A DNA stretch of 38,168 nt from positions 1 through 38,168 of IMG/VR virus record IMGVR_UViG_3300026125_000440; one strand, written 5' to 3'. The DNA comes from a virus (taxonomy: Duplodnaviria; Caudoviricetes). Made by a program: the position numbers and the translations under genes. Below the pieces are notes generated by a model, which searched no databases, was not told where the DNA came from, and was given only the letters and a program-made list of their open reading frames with translations. Of the stretch, positions 7,758-16,452 are shown in pieces; the first letter of the stretch is position 1; each line of letters opens with the position of its first letter.

Positions 7758-9083
7758 ATGACACAAGTTATGAAAAAAGATACAACATCAGCCGAAGATG
7801 AATTTGATAAAATTCTTGCTGATGCAGGTATTGAAATTGATGAAAACTCTGAAGAGCCAGTAGTATTTGACTATACAGATACCGAAATTAAGGAAATGAT
7901 TGTTTCTGCTCGTGTCCGTATGCTTATCAAACATCCATTCTTTGGTACTCTTGCTACACGACTCAAGTTGGTTGAAGCGGAATGGCTTCCTACTGCGGCA
8001 ACAGACGGTAAACATCTGTACTACAATGCGCAATTCTTCCGCACACTGACTCCAGGCGAAATCGATTTTGTTATCGGACACGAAGTTCTACATAATGTTT
8101 ACTCTCATTGTGGTGAAGGTAGTCGTTTAATGGATTATGATGAATCCAATCGTGACGGCAAACTTTGGAACATTGCCGCTGACTACAAGGTCAATCAAGG
8201 ACTAGTCGAATCACGTATTGGTGACTTGCCTAAATGTGCATTGTATGATGTTAAATATCAGGATTCGTACACTGAGGAAATCTATGCTGACCTGAAGGAA
8301 CAACAGGAAAACGGCAAAGACTTTAGTGATGAAGAAACCCTTGATGAACATATGTTCGGCGACGGTGACGGTGACGGGAAAGGTAATGACCCTACAGGCC
8401 GTAATGGACCAATCAAAATCTCTAAGGCAGAGGCTCAGGCGATTAAGGATCAAATGAAACAGGCTGTAGTTCAGGCTGCGCAAAATGCTGGTTCGGGCAA
8501 TCTTCCAGGTGGTGTTGCTCGCATTGTTAAAAACCTTACCGAACCTAAGATGGATTGGCGTGAATTGCTTAACCTGTCCATGCAGTCGTGTTTAAAATCA
8601 GACTTTACATGGATGCGCCAGTCTCGCAAATCTCGCTCTATGGGTATCTATCTTCCAGGTCAAGATCCGGATGAGGTAGTTGATGTGTGTATCGGTCTTG
8701 ATGTTTCAGGTTCTATTTCACACGAAATGCTTCAGGATTTTATGAGTGAAGTTGCTGGCATTATGACTCAATTCCAAGATTTCCGTCTACGTGTTTGGAC
8801 TTTTGACACTAAGGTCTACGAGGAATCATTCAAAGAGTTTACACCGATGAATGCTGAGGAAATCAACGAATACAATATCATAGGTTGTGGCGGCACAGAT
8901 TTCATGTGTAACTGGAATTTCATGGAAGATAACGATATTCAACCTGATAAGTTTATAATGTTTACAGACGGTATGCCATGGGATAAATGGGGCGATGAAA
9001 ACTACTGTGACACTCTTTTTGTTATTCACGGTAGCGACTCAATTACCCCGCCATTCGGTGAGTTTGCATACTACTCAAAATAA
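7758..9083 (+). CDS. Metallopeptidase-like + vWA domain protein (DUF2201-type), MoxR partner
   Basis: PFFG, TAATDG, HEVLH (HExxH), WNIAAD, MIDAS DVSGS, GGTDF, FTDG. Confidence 0.88.
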   Translation: MTQVMKKDTTSAEDEFDKILADAGIEIDENSEEPVVFDYTDTEIKEMIVSARVRMLIKHPFFGTLATRLKLVEAEWLPTAATDGKHLYYNAQFFRTLTPGEIDFVIGHEVLHNVYSHCGEGSRLMDYDESNRDGKLWNIAADYKVNQGLVESRIGDLPKCALYDVKYQDSYTEEIYADLKEQQENGKDFSDEETLDEHMFGDGDGDGKGNDPTGRNGPIKISKAEAQAIKDQMKQAVVQAAQNAGSGNLPGGVARIVKNLTEPKMDWRELLNLSMQSCLKSDFTWMRQSRKSRSMGIYLPGQDPDEVVDVCIGLDVSGSISHEMLQDFMSEVAGIMTQFQDFRLRVWTFDTKVYEESFKEFTPMNAEEINEYNIIGCGGTDFMCNWNFMEDNDIQPDKFIMFTDGMPWDKWGDENYCDTLFVIHGSDSITPPFGEFAYYSK

Positions 9084-9095
9084 TTCCATACAGGG

Positions 9096-9126
9096 TCAAC
9101 TGGGTGCAATGCCCAGTTGATAAATA
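9096..9126 (+). promoter_or_regulatory. Hairpin followed by a late-type GATAAATA box
   Basis: tcaactggg/cccagttga 9-bp stem at 9096-9120; GATAAATA at 9119-9126. Confidence 0.6.
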
Positions 9127-9131
9127 CTTTT

Positions 9132-9677
9132 ATGAGTAAAGACACTCTCTTACTTAATGCAAATGGTCAGCCACTGACCGTTGCTCCGCTTTCAACATTA
9201 TCGTGGCAAGAAAGCATAAAACTAGTATTCTTGGATCGAATCAACGTTTTAGAGTGGCACGAAGATTGGGAAGTTCGCAGTCCGAATTTAACCATTCGAG
9301 TACCATCAGTGGCAACAACCAAAGTATATGTTAAACCTGCACGAGCGGGTGTTAACTTTTCTCGGCATAATGTGTATGCTAGAGATAACTACCAATGCCA
9401 ATATTGCAATAAGCATTTCCGTTTTCAAGATTTAACTCTTGACCACGTACTACCTAAATCATTAGGAGGCAAACTAACATGGGAAAATATAGTAACTTCA
9501 TGTAAATGGTGCAACAACAATAAAGGCGACAATGCCAATATTATACCAAAGAAGCAACCTTATCGTCCACATGTTAGTCAACTAAAGATAAGTAGCAAAC
9601 AAGTTTCAGAAATACAATATCCAGTATGGTTCAACTATCTAGACATTCCGGATGAATTACTGAAATTAAGAGCATAA
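9132..9677 (+). CDS. HNH endonuclease (McrA-like)
   Basis: RDNYQCQYC, LTLDHVLPKSLGG, WENIVTSCKWCNNNKG; ATG at 9132 preferred over TTG at 9117. Confidence 0.9.
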   Translation: MSKDTLLLNANGQPLTVAPLSTLSWQESIKLVFLDRINVLEWHEDWEVRSPNLTIRVPSVATTKVYVKPARAGVNFSRHNVYARDNYQCQYCNKHFRFQDLTLDHVLPKSLGGKLTWENIVTSCKWCNNNKGDNANIIPKKQPYRPHVSQLKISSKQVSEIQYPVWFNYLDIPDELLKLRA

Positions 9678-9680
9678 AAC

Positions 9681-9710
9681 TTGACATATAAAAACAATTC
9701 GTGTTATAAT
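9681..9710 (+). promoter_or_regulatory. Consensus sigma70 promoter
   Basis: TTGACA-N18-TATAAT with extended TG. Confidence 0.8.
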
Positions 9711-9735
9711 TATATAAATCTATAAGGAGAAAAGT

Positions 9736-10092
9736 ATGAGCGAAGATACTACACAAAAACCATCTGACCGTATTGATACAGGTCTAACCCTAGTTGATAT
9801 TAAAAACCTATATGCTATCATTGATATGGCGGCTAAACGCGGTGCGTTTGCTGAAAGTTCACAACAAGAACTACAAATAATCAATGCCGTGGTTAACAAA
9901 ACACGAGGGTTTCTAATCCAGCATATTGATAATATACCAAACAACGAAGCGCAGGCTGAACCAACCGAAGAACAAATTGCCGAGGCTAAAAAGGCAGAGA
10001 AAGAAAAAAAGAAAGCCGAAAGGAAACGTAAGAAAGAACTAGAAAAGGAGTTCAATGAAACTATTGCCAAATCAGGCACAAGCGAAGAATAA
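9736..10092 (+). CDS. Hypothetical protein with charged C-terminal helix
   Basis: AAGGAG RBS; IIDMAAKRGAF motif; K/E-rich tail. Confidence 0.8.
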   Translation: MSEDTTQKPSDRIDTGLTLVDIKNLYAIIDMAAKRGAFAESSQQELQIINAVVNKTRGFLIQHIDNIPNNEAQAEPTEEQIAEAKKAEKEKKKAERKRKKELEKEFNETIAKSGTSEE

Positions 10093-10104
10093 TAGGAGAA
10101 CAAC

Positions 10105-10716
10105 ATGGCATTTTTGAAACATATTGGTCGTCACGCCAAAACTGGACAACGACTAGTAATTGTATTCATGCAACTACCAGAAGACGAAAATCATGCACTT
10201 GTAATTTATAGTGACGCATTACCAGACCGTTACCATCAAGCCGTTATGGAGGCGCTTGAATCACCTGAAGGCCAATCGTCTAAACAACTTTATGAAGTAC
10301 TAACCCGAAAAGTATTTTGGCATGGTCAGCCAATGCTAGATACTGTTCACCGAGAAGGTCTGTTGGTTAAAGTAAAAACTGAAGATGTTATTATGACTCC
10401 CAATACAAATACTAACATCCCACTAAATGAACTTAATCAGCAAATTAAAGAATCACAAGGTGATACACCCGTTGAAAAAGAAACAGTTGAAGACACTCGG
10501 TCACAAACTGATGTAAATGTGTCAGAAAGTCAACAAGACGAAGCAAGACAGATTGCTCAAAATCTATTGATTCAGGCAGAACTACTCGAAAGGGATGCTG
10601 AGGCTAAACGTCAGGAAGCATACAAGTACGATCCAAGTTTGAATCCTGAAAATAAACCGAAAGCAAAACGCGGTCGTCCAAAGAAATCAGAGGCGAAAAA
10701 CCCCGAATCCGTGTAA
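10105..10716 (+). CDS. Conserved hypothetical phage protein with C-terminal AT-hook-like motif
   Basis: AGGAG RBS; KAKRGRPKK near the C-terminus. Confidence 0.75.
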   Translation: MAFLKHIGRHAKTGQRLVIVFMQLPEDENHALVIYSDALPDRYHQAVMEALESPEGQSSKQLYEVLTRKVFWHGQPMLDTVHREGLLVKVKTEDVIMTPNTNTNIPLNELNQQIKESQGDTPVEKETVEDTRSQTDVNVSESQQDEARQIAQNLLIQAELLERDAEAKRQEAYKYDPSLNPENKPKAKRGRPKKSEAKNPESV

Positions 10717-10720
10717 AAAG

Positions 10721-10758
10721 TATAAGTACTATAGAGGGAGAATGTTTTTCCCTCTATA
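10721..10758 (+). promoter_or_regulatory. Late-like TATAAGTA box followed by a stem-loop
   Basis: TATAAGTA 10721-10728; tatagaggga/tccctctata 10-bp stem at 10730-10758. Confidence 0.5.
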
Positions 10759-10774
10759 CATTGGGAGATACAAC

Positions 10775-11071
10775 ATGGAATTCGATAGAGACCGTGAATT
10801 TGATCGTCTTATAGACGAATGTAAAGCATTAACAATACCTGCGTTTTTTATTAAGGAACTTAAGGTTACGTTAGCAGGAGGCGGAGAAGTAGTATTACAA
10901 GGAGATGAATTATTTTCTACATCGCCTATATCATCTTCTATTTTAGATAGACAAGGGCCAGACCCTTATGATATGATAGAGGATGTTGATGTAATGATTG
11001 ATGTACCGACACTTAGAAAAACAGTCGTTGGTAGTGTTCAAACATTACTAAACTCACATTTTAACACATAA
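10775..11071 (+). CDS. Hypothetical protein
   Basis: GGGAG RBS before ATG 10775 (MEFDRD...). Confidence 0.7.
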   Translation: MEFDRDREFDRLIDECKALTIPAFFIKELKVTLAGGGEVVLQGDELFSTSPISSSILDRQGPDPYDMIEDVDVMIDVPTLRKTVVGSVQTLLNSHFNT

Positions 11072-11080
11072 AGGTATTTA

Positions 11081-11947
11081 ATGAACGCATCTGAATCCGA
11101 ATACTTGGACTTATTACATACAGTTTTAACACAAGGCGAACTACGGGATCAGGAACGAACAGGAGTAGGTACGAAATCCCTCTTTATGGCAAACCTCAAG
11201 TTTGACCTTAGTGAGGGATTTCCATTACTAACGACTAAACGAGTTCCATTCAAATCCGTACTAAGTGAACTACTATGGTTTATCGAAGGTAGTGACGATG
11301 AACGTAGACTAGCAGAAATACACTACGGACTCCCTAGGGAAGAACTAACAGACAAAACTACTATCTGGACAGCCAACGCAGACGCACAAGGTAAGGATCT
11401 AGGTTATGAGAACACTGATTGGGTTAAACTCTTAGGACCCGTCTATGGCGTCCAGTGGCGCAACTGGGACGGGGTAGACCAACTCGCCGAACTTGTACAC
11501 AATTTAAAGAATAACCCACAGTCTCGTAGACATTTATTATCCGCATGGAATGTAGGCGAACTAAAGAATATGGCTCTGCCACCATGTCATACATTCTCGC
11601 AATTTTATGTTGACAACGATGGTAGACTACACAGTAGTTTGTATCAACGTTCTGCGGATCTATTTCTAGGAGTACCATTCAATATTGCTTCATATGCTCT
11701 ATTAACTCATATCCTAGCGCAAGTATGTGATTATGGTGTAGGTACATTTACTCACGTTATAGGCGATGCTCACATCTATAATAACCACGTTGACGCAATT
11801 AAAGAACAACTTAAAAGAGAACCAAGAAAGTATCCAAAACTTTCTATCAACTATCAAGTTAAAGACATTGATGGTTTTACTATGGATGATTTTGTTCTCG
11901 CAGATTACAACTCGTACCCAACTATTAAAGCACCAATGGCAGTATAA
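11081..11947 (+). CDS. thyA: Thymidylate synthase
   Basis: RTGVGT, FPLLTTK, ELLWF, GPVYGVQWR, SRRHLLSAWN, MALPPCH, YQRSADLFLGVPFNIASY, GDAHIY, KAPMAV. Confidence 0.97.
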   Translation: MNASESEYLDLLHTVLTQGELRDQERTGVGTKSLFMANLKFDLSEGFPLLTTKRVPFKSVLSELLWFIEGSDDERRLAEIHYGLPREELTDKTTIWTANADAQGKDLGYENTDWVKLLGPVYGVQWRNWDGVDQLAELVHNLKNNPQSRRHLLSAWNVGELKNMALPPCHTFSQFYVDNDGRLHSSLYQRSADLFLGVPFNIASYALLTHILAQVCDYGVGTFTHVIGDAHIYNNHVDAIKEQLKREPRKYPKLSINYQVKDIDGFTMDDFVLADYNSYPTIKAPMAV

Positions 11948-12510
11948 TGAAAGTAATCATTAGCGGTAACAACCATTCGGGATTAAGTGGCGCTCTAGGC
12001 GCCATTATTCCCAATATGACATTTTGTAGCAGAGAAACAGATTTTGAACTTACAAGTGCAAATGACCAAAGACGCTTTGCTAAACTAGCAACAGAATACG
12101 ATGTGGTTATTATTTGTTCTGCATTATGGAAATTTCAACAAACTGTATTACTGGACGAAGTACACAAAGCATGTACAGAAGCAAACGTTGCGCCACATAT
12201 TGTTTGTATCGGTAGTACCACAGATAGAGTCAACAATGGGCGTACATGGCGATACAATGCTGAGAAAAAAGCATTGCGTGATTACTCTAATACGTGCGCT
12301 ATCCAAGGTGTATGGACTGATAATAAACCGAAAGTAAGTTATATAAGTTTTGGCACGTTAAGTAACAACCAACATAAGCATCCTGATCGCAAATGTCTTG
12401 ACATAGGTCACGCCGCAGAGTATATCAAATGGTTAATAGACCAACCAAAACATATAAATATTAATGAAATTAGCATAGACCCGATGCAAGGAGACTCTTG
12501 GCATGAGTGA
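11947..12510 (+). CDS. Short, atypical SDR/Rossmann-fold oxidoreductase
   Basis: VIISGNNHSGLSG N-terminus, IVCIGS, YNAEK (YxxxK); TAATG-coupled to thyA. Confidence 0.7.
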   Translation: MKVIISGNNHSGLSGALGAIIPNMTFCSRETDFELTSANDQRRFAKLATEYDVVIICSALWKFQQTVLLDEVHKACTEANVAPHIVCIGSTTDRVNNGRTWRYNAEKKALRDYSNTCAIQGVWTDNKPKVSYISFGTLSNNQHKHPDRKCLDIGHAAEYIKWLIDQPKHININEISIDPMQGDSWHE

Positions 12511-12590
12511 TAAATACATTTAGCGAGGGGTTACAGGACGGCAATCCTAGAAACCCCTCTAACATAAGCAAACTGTTAAGGAGAATGCAA
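12509..12590 (+). promoter_or_regulatory. Late-type box plus structured leader of the GIY-YIG gene
   Basis: GATAAATA 12509-12516; gaggggtt (12525-12532) pairs with aacccctc (12552-12559), inner agga/tcct stem; AAGGAG 12578-12583. Confidence 0.7.
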
Positions 12591-13163
12591 ATGTCTAAAT
12601 GTATTTATATTGTATATAAAACCATAAATCTTGTCAATAGCAAATTTTACATAGGAAAACACAAACAAGAATCACATGATTTCGATGGTTACTTGGGTAG
12701 CGGAAATTTAATCAACGAAGCGATAGAAAAATACGGAAGGGAAAACTTCATAAGAGAAACATTATCTGTACACGAAGACGAATATGAATGTTATCTCGCC
12801 GAAGAAAAAGCAATAGGCGATTTATGGAAATATCGTAATGATTGTTATAACTTAGCACCTGGCGGAGACTGCGGAATGGGTGAAACAAAGCAACTATGGT
12901 GGGATGAAAATTTTAAAAAGAAAGAGGAGTTGAGTATTGCTTGGAAAGAAAATAACCCGTCAAAAACACCCGAGGGTAGACGCAGAATAAAAGAATCCAA
13001 TAAAAGAAGAATTTGGACTGAAGAAGCAAAAGAGAAATGTGGAGGCCCACATAGAGGTAAACCAAAAACTAAAAAGGTATGTCCATATTGCGACAGGCCA
13101 ATAGCCATAAATATGTACGAAAGATATCACAACAAAAATTGTAAGGAGTATTATGGAAAATAA
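12591..13163 (+). mobile_element. Free-standing Seg-like GIY-YIG homing endonuclease gene
   Basis: IYIVYKTINLVNSKFYIGKH, YLGSG, KYGRENF, YNLAPGG; basic C-terminus with CPYC..H..C; ATG 12591 has an RBS. Confidence 0.88.
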
Positions 13164-14574
13164 AAAAAGAGAATGGTCATCATATGACTTTACTAAAATC
13201 CCGTATGATGATTTGGTGCGTGTAGGCCAACGAACGATGTTATATAGAGATATGTTCACGGTCAGTTGGCTTCTTGCCAGATTCTGTAACTACAAATGTT
13301 CGTAAATACATTGCGACCTCATATAGCAATATATGTTGAATAACTCCTTTAATTGCTGGGAACTCCCTCAGGGACAATCAGCAGCCAAGCCCGAAAGGGA
13401 AGGTTCAACGACTAGGCGAAAGCCGTACACTCAAGCGAGTGGAAATGGGGAGCATCCTACTGGGATGAAGATATAGTCTGAACTACATGGCAACATGTAG
13501 CAGTTCATAAGAGAACGGATCAAGGAGTAGCGCACTTGATTGAACATATTTGATTGTTGGCCATATGCCCGCAGTGACCGTAAGGACCATAGACCCACAG
13601 AACTATGTTTGAGGACAATAGATGAAATTAAAAAACAAGCGCGTGCCCGCGGATTTAATAGTTTCCATTTCAGTCTTAGTGGTGGTGAGCCTACTTTTCA
13701 TCCTGGATATTTGGATATCATGGAGCACTTGGCTCTTGATGTAGACAATACAAATTATACGTCGGTACACATGACAACTAATATGTCCCGCAATATGAAA
13801 TGGCATGAAACATACGTGAAACATGCTTCTAAATTTCATAGGGCAAGTATTACGGCGAGTTTACATACTGAACATGTAAACACTCGTGAAAAGATGCAGG
13901 ATTTTGCTGACAAACTTATATTTTGTCAAGAACATGATGTACAAGTAACAATCAATCAGGTTATGGTACCCGAATGGTTTGAACGTGATTGGGATAATGC
14001 TATGTTCTTCCATGAACAAGGCATAAACGTCACTCTTAAGCCACAGAGCGACCCTACAGCGAGTTTTGTTGTAGACGGGTATACACCCGAAATGTTAGAA
14101 AGACTTCACAATGGTATGCCTCAGTTAGCATACACTGAAGAAAAAGCAAACAAGGCAAAGTTAGTTACTCGTCCCGAACCTACATTCACTAAAACAAGTG
14201 ATCCTATATGGTGGGATGAATTTGCCGACATACCAAAATCGTATCAAGTAGAGTTCCGCGATAGTGAAGGTAAGTATTGGTGGATGGATCAAGCGGAACG
14301 TTTTAATGCATTCAACTTTAACAAGTTTAATGGATGGGAGTGTAGCAGTGGATACAGAAGTATTATTATTCGCGAGCCTGATGGTTCTGTTAAGCGTAGT
14401 TATTCTTGTGAGGACCAGCCTCTGGGTAACATTGAAACAGGCTTTCAACTATTCGATGAGCCAAAAGTATGTATCAGCAAAAATTGCGTTAGTAGCGCAG
14501 ACAGTAAGATACCGAAACGAGCGCCGGGAACAAAATTGCCACTCTGGCCCGGTGACGAAACCTTTAAAAGATAA
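13153..14574 (+). CDS. Intron-split radical SAM protein: join(13153..13303,13553..14574), 390 aa
   Basis: Exon 1 MENKKREWSSYDF...RFCNYKCS(T) with AAGGAG RBS; joining T13303 to AT13553-13554 gives CNYKCSYCWP; exon 2 has SGGEP, TTN and C-terminal Cys-rich C..C..C..C. Confidence 0.92.
13304..13552 (+). ncRNA. Group I self-splicing intron (IA2-like), 249 nt, no ORF
   Basis: 5' exon ends in U paired to G in P1 (UCGU|AA...UUGCGA); P AATTGCTGGGAA 13351-13362; Q AATCAGCAG 13376-13384; R GTTCAACGACTA 13403-13414; S AAGATATAGTCT 13468-13479; P7.1/P7.2, P8, P9 hairpins; terminal G13552. Confidence 0.95.
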
Positions 14575-14598
14575 ATAGTAGTAAATTAAAGGAGTAAC

Positions 14599-15315
14599 AT
14601 GATACCATTAAAACCTTGGACAATACTGATTGCGCAAATTATAGCGCACCTGTCTATCATACCACTTATCATCTACGGTGAGTTATGGATGTGGGCAGTT
14701 GTACTATTTGTATACTTTCTAAACGGCTGTTTAGGTATGACGATGACATATCATCGTTTGCTTAGTCACAGAAGTTGGAACGCGCCAAAGTGGATAGAAT
14801 ATTTATTTACATTGTTCGCCACAATCGGTTTGACCGGTAGCGCAATTGCTTGGGTGGCAGTCCATAGAGAACATCATAAACATACCGATACAGACAAAGA
14901 CCCACATTCACCCACATTCAAAGGATTTTTGTGGGCGCATTGGTTGAGCATGTTCGCCAAAGTTAAACCCAGATATGTTACTGACTTGATACGAGATAAA
15001 TTCTTTGTTGTCCAACATAAACACTACTTTGATATTAACATAGCATACGGTATTGTGTTATACTTAATAGATCCTATGGCAGTATTATACGCATGGTTAG
15101 TTCCTGCTATGATACTATGGAACGCAGGTTCAGCAATAATTTCTATAAGTCATAGACATACCAAACCCAGCAATGATTTGATATTGGCATTAACAACGTG
15201 GGGTGAAGGCTACCATACTGTACACCATGAGCATCCGGGAAAAAATAGATTTGGCAAATTTGATTTTGCGGGTTGGTTAATTCAGCATATAGGCACGAAG
15301 AATGATACACATTAA
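14599..15315 (+). CDS. Membrane fatty-acid desaturase (delta-9/DesC-like)
   Basis: His boxes HRLLSH, HREHH...DPHSP, GEGYHTVHH; TM segments; GATAAATA 14570-14577 and AAGGAG upstream. Confidence 0.92.
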   Translation: MIPLKPWTILIAQIIAHLSIIPLIIYGELWMWAVVLFVYFLNGCLGMTMTYHRLLSHRSWNAPKWIEYLFTLFATIGLTGSAIAWVAVHREHHKHTDTDKDPHSPTFKGFLWAHWLSMFAKVKPRYVTDLIRDKFFVVQHKHYFDINIAYGIVLYLIDPMAVLYAWLVPAMILWNAGSAIISISHRHTKPSNDLILALTTWGEGYHTVHHEHPGKNRFGKFDFAGWLIQHIGTKNDTH

Positions 15316-15877
15316 AAGTATTATACACGACAATGAATACATGGAAGAAGTTGGCAGACTTGCCGCCGAACATCATCCTGAAAACTTTGGCAACTTTAGT
15401 AAACGTATAAAAAATTATGTTGACTTCTTTATATGCGAACATAACAGTAACATAGTTGCTATCTCCGGTATATACAAATGTCCATCGTGGCCTGATAATC
15501 ATTACCGTGTGGGCGATAGAAGTTTCTATTTCCCAGAATTTAGAACAAAGGGATTGAACTATTTGTTACCTGAATCGCAAAAGGATATTAGAAACCTATG
15601 CTCAACTCAACTTATTCCAAAACAAATTGAAATAGTGTGTCAGATGGGTGGGATACCGTTTTACAGTATGTTGAATCATCCCAACGCATTACAACGTTCT
15701 GTAAACTTGCTAAATACAACATTAGAAGAAGATAAACACTTTATTATGCTAGAGGACTTATACTATACGTGTCCTGACCCAGAAAGAGCGTCAGACCGTT
15801 GCTGGCAGAATATTGCTGTTATGGCTTCGAAAAAACAAGAATTTAATTTAACGAGTAGAAAAAACAATGGCGCTTAA
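15302..15877 (+). CDS. Hypothetical protein, possibly GNAT-fold acyltransferase
   Basis: IVAISG...RSFYFPEFRTKGL resembles GNAT motif A; weak. Confidence 0.45.
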   Translation: MIHIKSIIHDNEYMEEVGRLAAEHHPENFGNFSKRIKNYVDFFICEHNSNIVAISGIYKCPSWPDNHYRVGDRSFYFPEFRTKGLNYLLPESQKDIRNLCSTQLIPKQIEIVCQMGGIPFYSMLNHPNALQRSVNLLNTTLEEDKHFIMLEDLYYTCPDPERASDRCWQNIAVMASKKQEFNLTSRKNNGA

Positions 15878-16451
15878 ACGAAGACATGAATTGCCAAACT
15901 TTAAAAAGTTAGATGGTATACAAATATATACTGAAAGATTGCTTGAATGTTTCAAACAATGGGAGCATTATCCTGACTCCATCAGTGTACATTGCGGCAC
16001 GCCGTATCTGAATGAATTGTACCTACAAACTCCAGTGACTACCACTAAAGAAACGGTAATACTCAAAAACGGCATGGAAGATGAAAGAACGTACGGCGAA
16101 CTACTACCTGAATTCAAAGGAACGTATGTAGAAGAAGTACTTAACATGTTTAAGTCCCCGTACACACGAGTTAGATTAGTAGTCAAAAAACCTGGTGCGT
16201 TAATAATGCCGCACATAGACTACGATACAACATATAGCATGAGGTACTACATTCCATTACAAACCAATGAATGGTCATTCACCTCAGTTAAAAGTAAAAA
16301 TGATGACCATCCGGAAGTTAGACACTTACCCGCAGATGGCGGCGTATGGTTCGTAAATCCTGGTAACTTACACGGTGCTTGGAATTTAGGCAAGTCGGAC
16401 GACATACGCTTAATATTGGCAGTGAACGGTCAAGATGATATAGGAGATTAA
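15867..16451 (+). CDS. Fe(II)/2OG oxygenase, Asp/Asn beta-hydroxylase-like
   Basis: RVRL..PGALIMPHID...RYYIPLQTN...HGAWN....RLIL. Confidence 0.85.
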   Translation: MALKRRHELPNFKKLDGIQIYTERLLECFKQWEHYPDSISVHCGTPYLNELYLQTPVTTTKETVILKNGMEDERTYGELLPEFKGTYVEEVLNMFKSPYTRVRLVVKKPGALIMPHIDYDTTYSMRYYIPLQTNEWSFTSVKSKNDDHPEVRHLPADGGVWFVNPGNLHGAWNLGKSDDIRLILAVNGQDDIGD

Positions 16452-16452
16452 T

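Noticed and set aside
11081-11947. dCMP hydroxymethylase or other base-modifying thyA variant
   Set aside because: Keeps the dUMP-specifying Asn (PFNIASY) and all canonical ThyA motifs
12507-12590. N-terminal extension of the GIY-YIG ORF from GTG 12507
   Set aside because: Region is better explained as promoter, hairpin and RBS for ATG 12591
13303-13305. Pseudogene or stop-codon readthrough at TAA
   Set aside because: The stop is created by the exon-intron junction and disappears on splicing
13540-13554. TTG start of the 344-aa ORF in the track
   Set aside because: Lies inside the intron 3' end; the product would lack two of the three cluster cysteines
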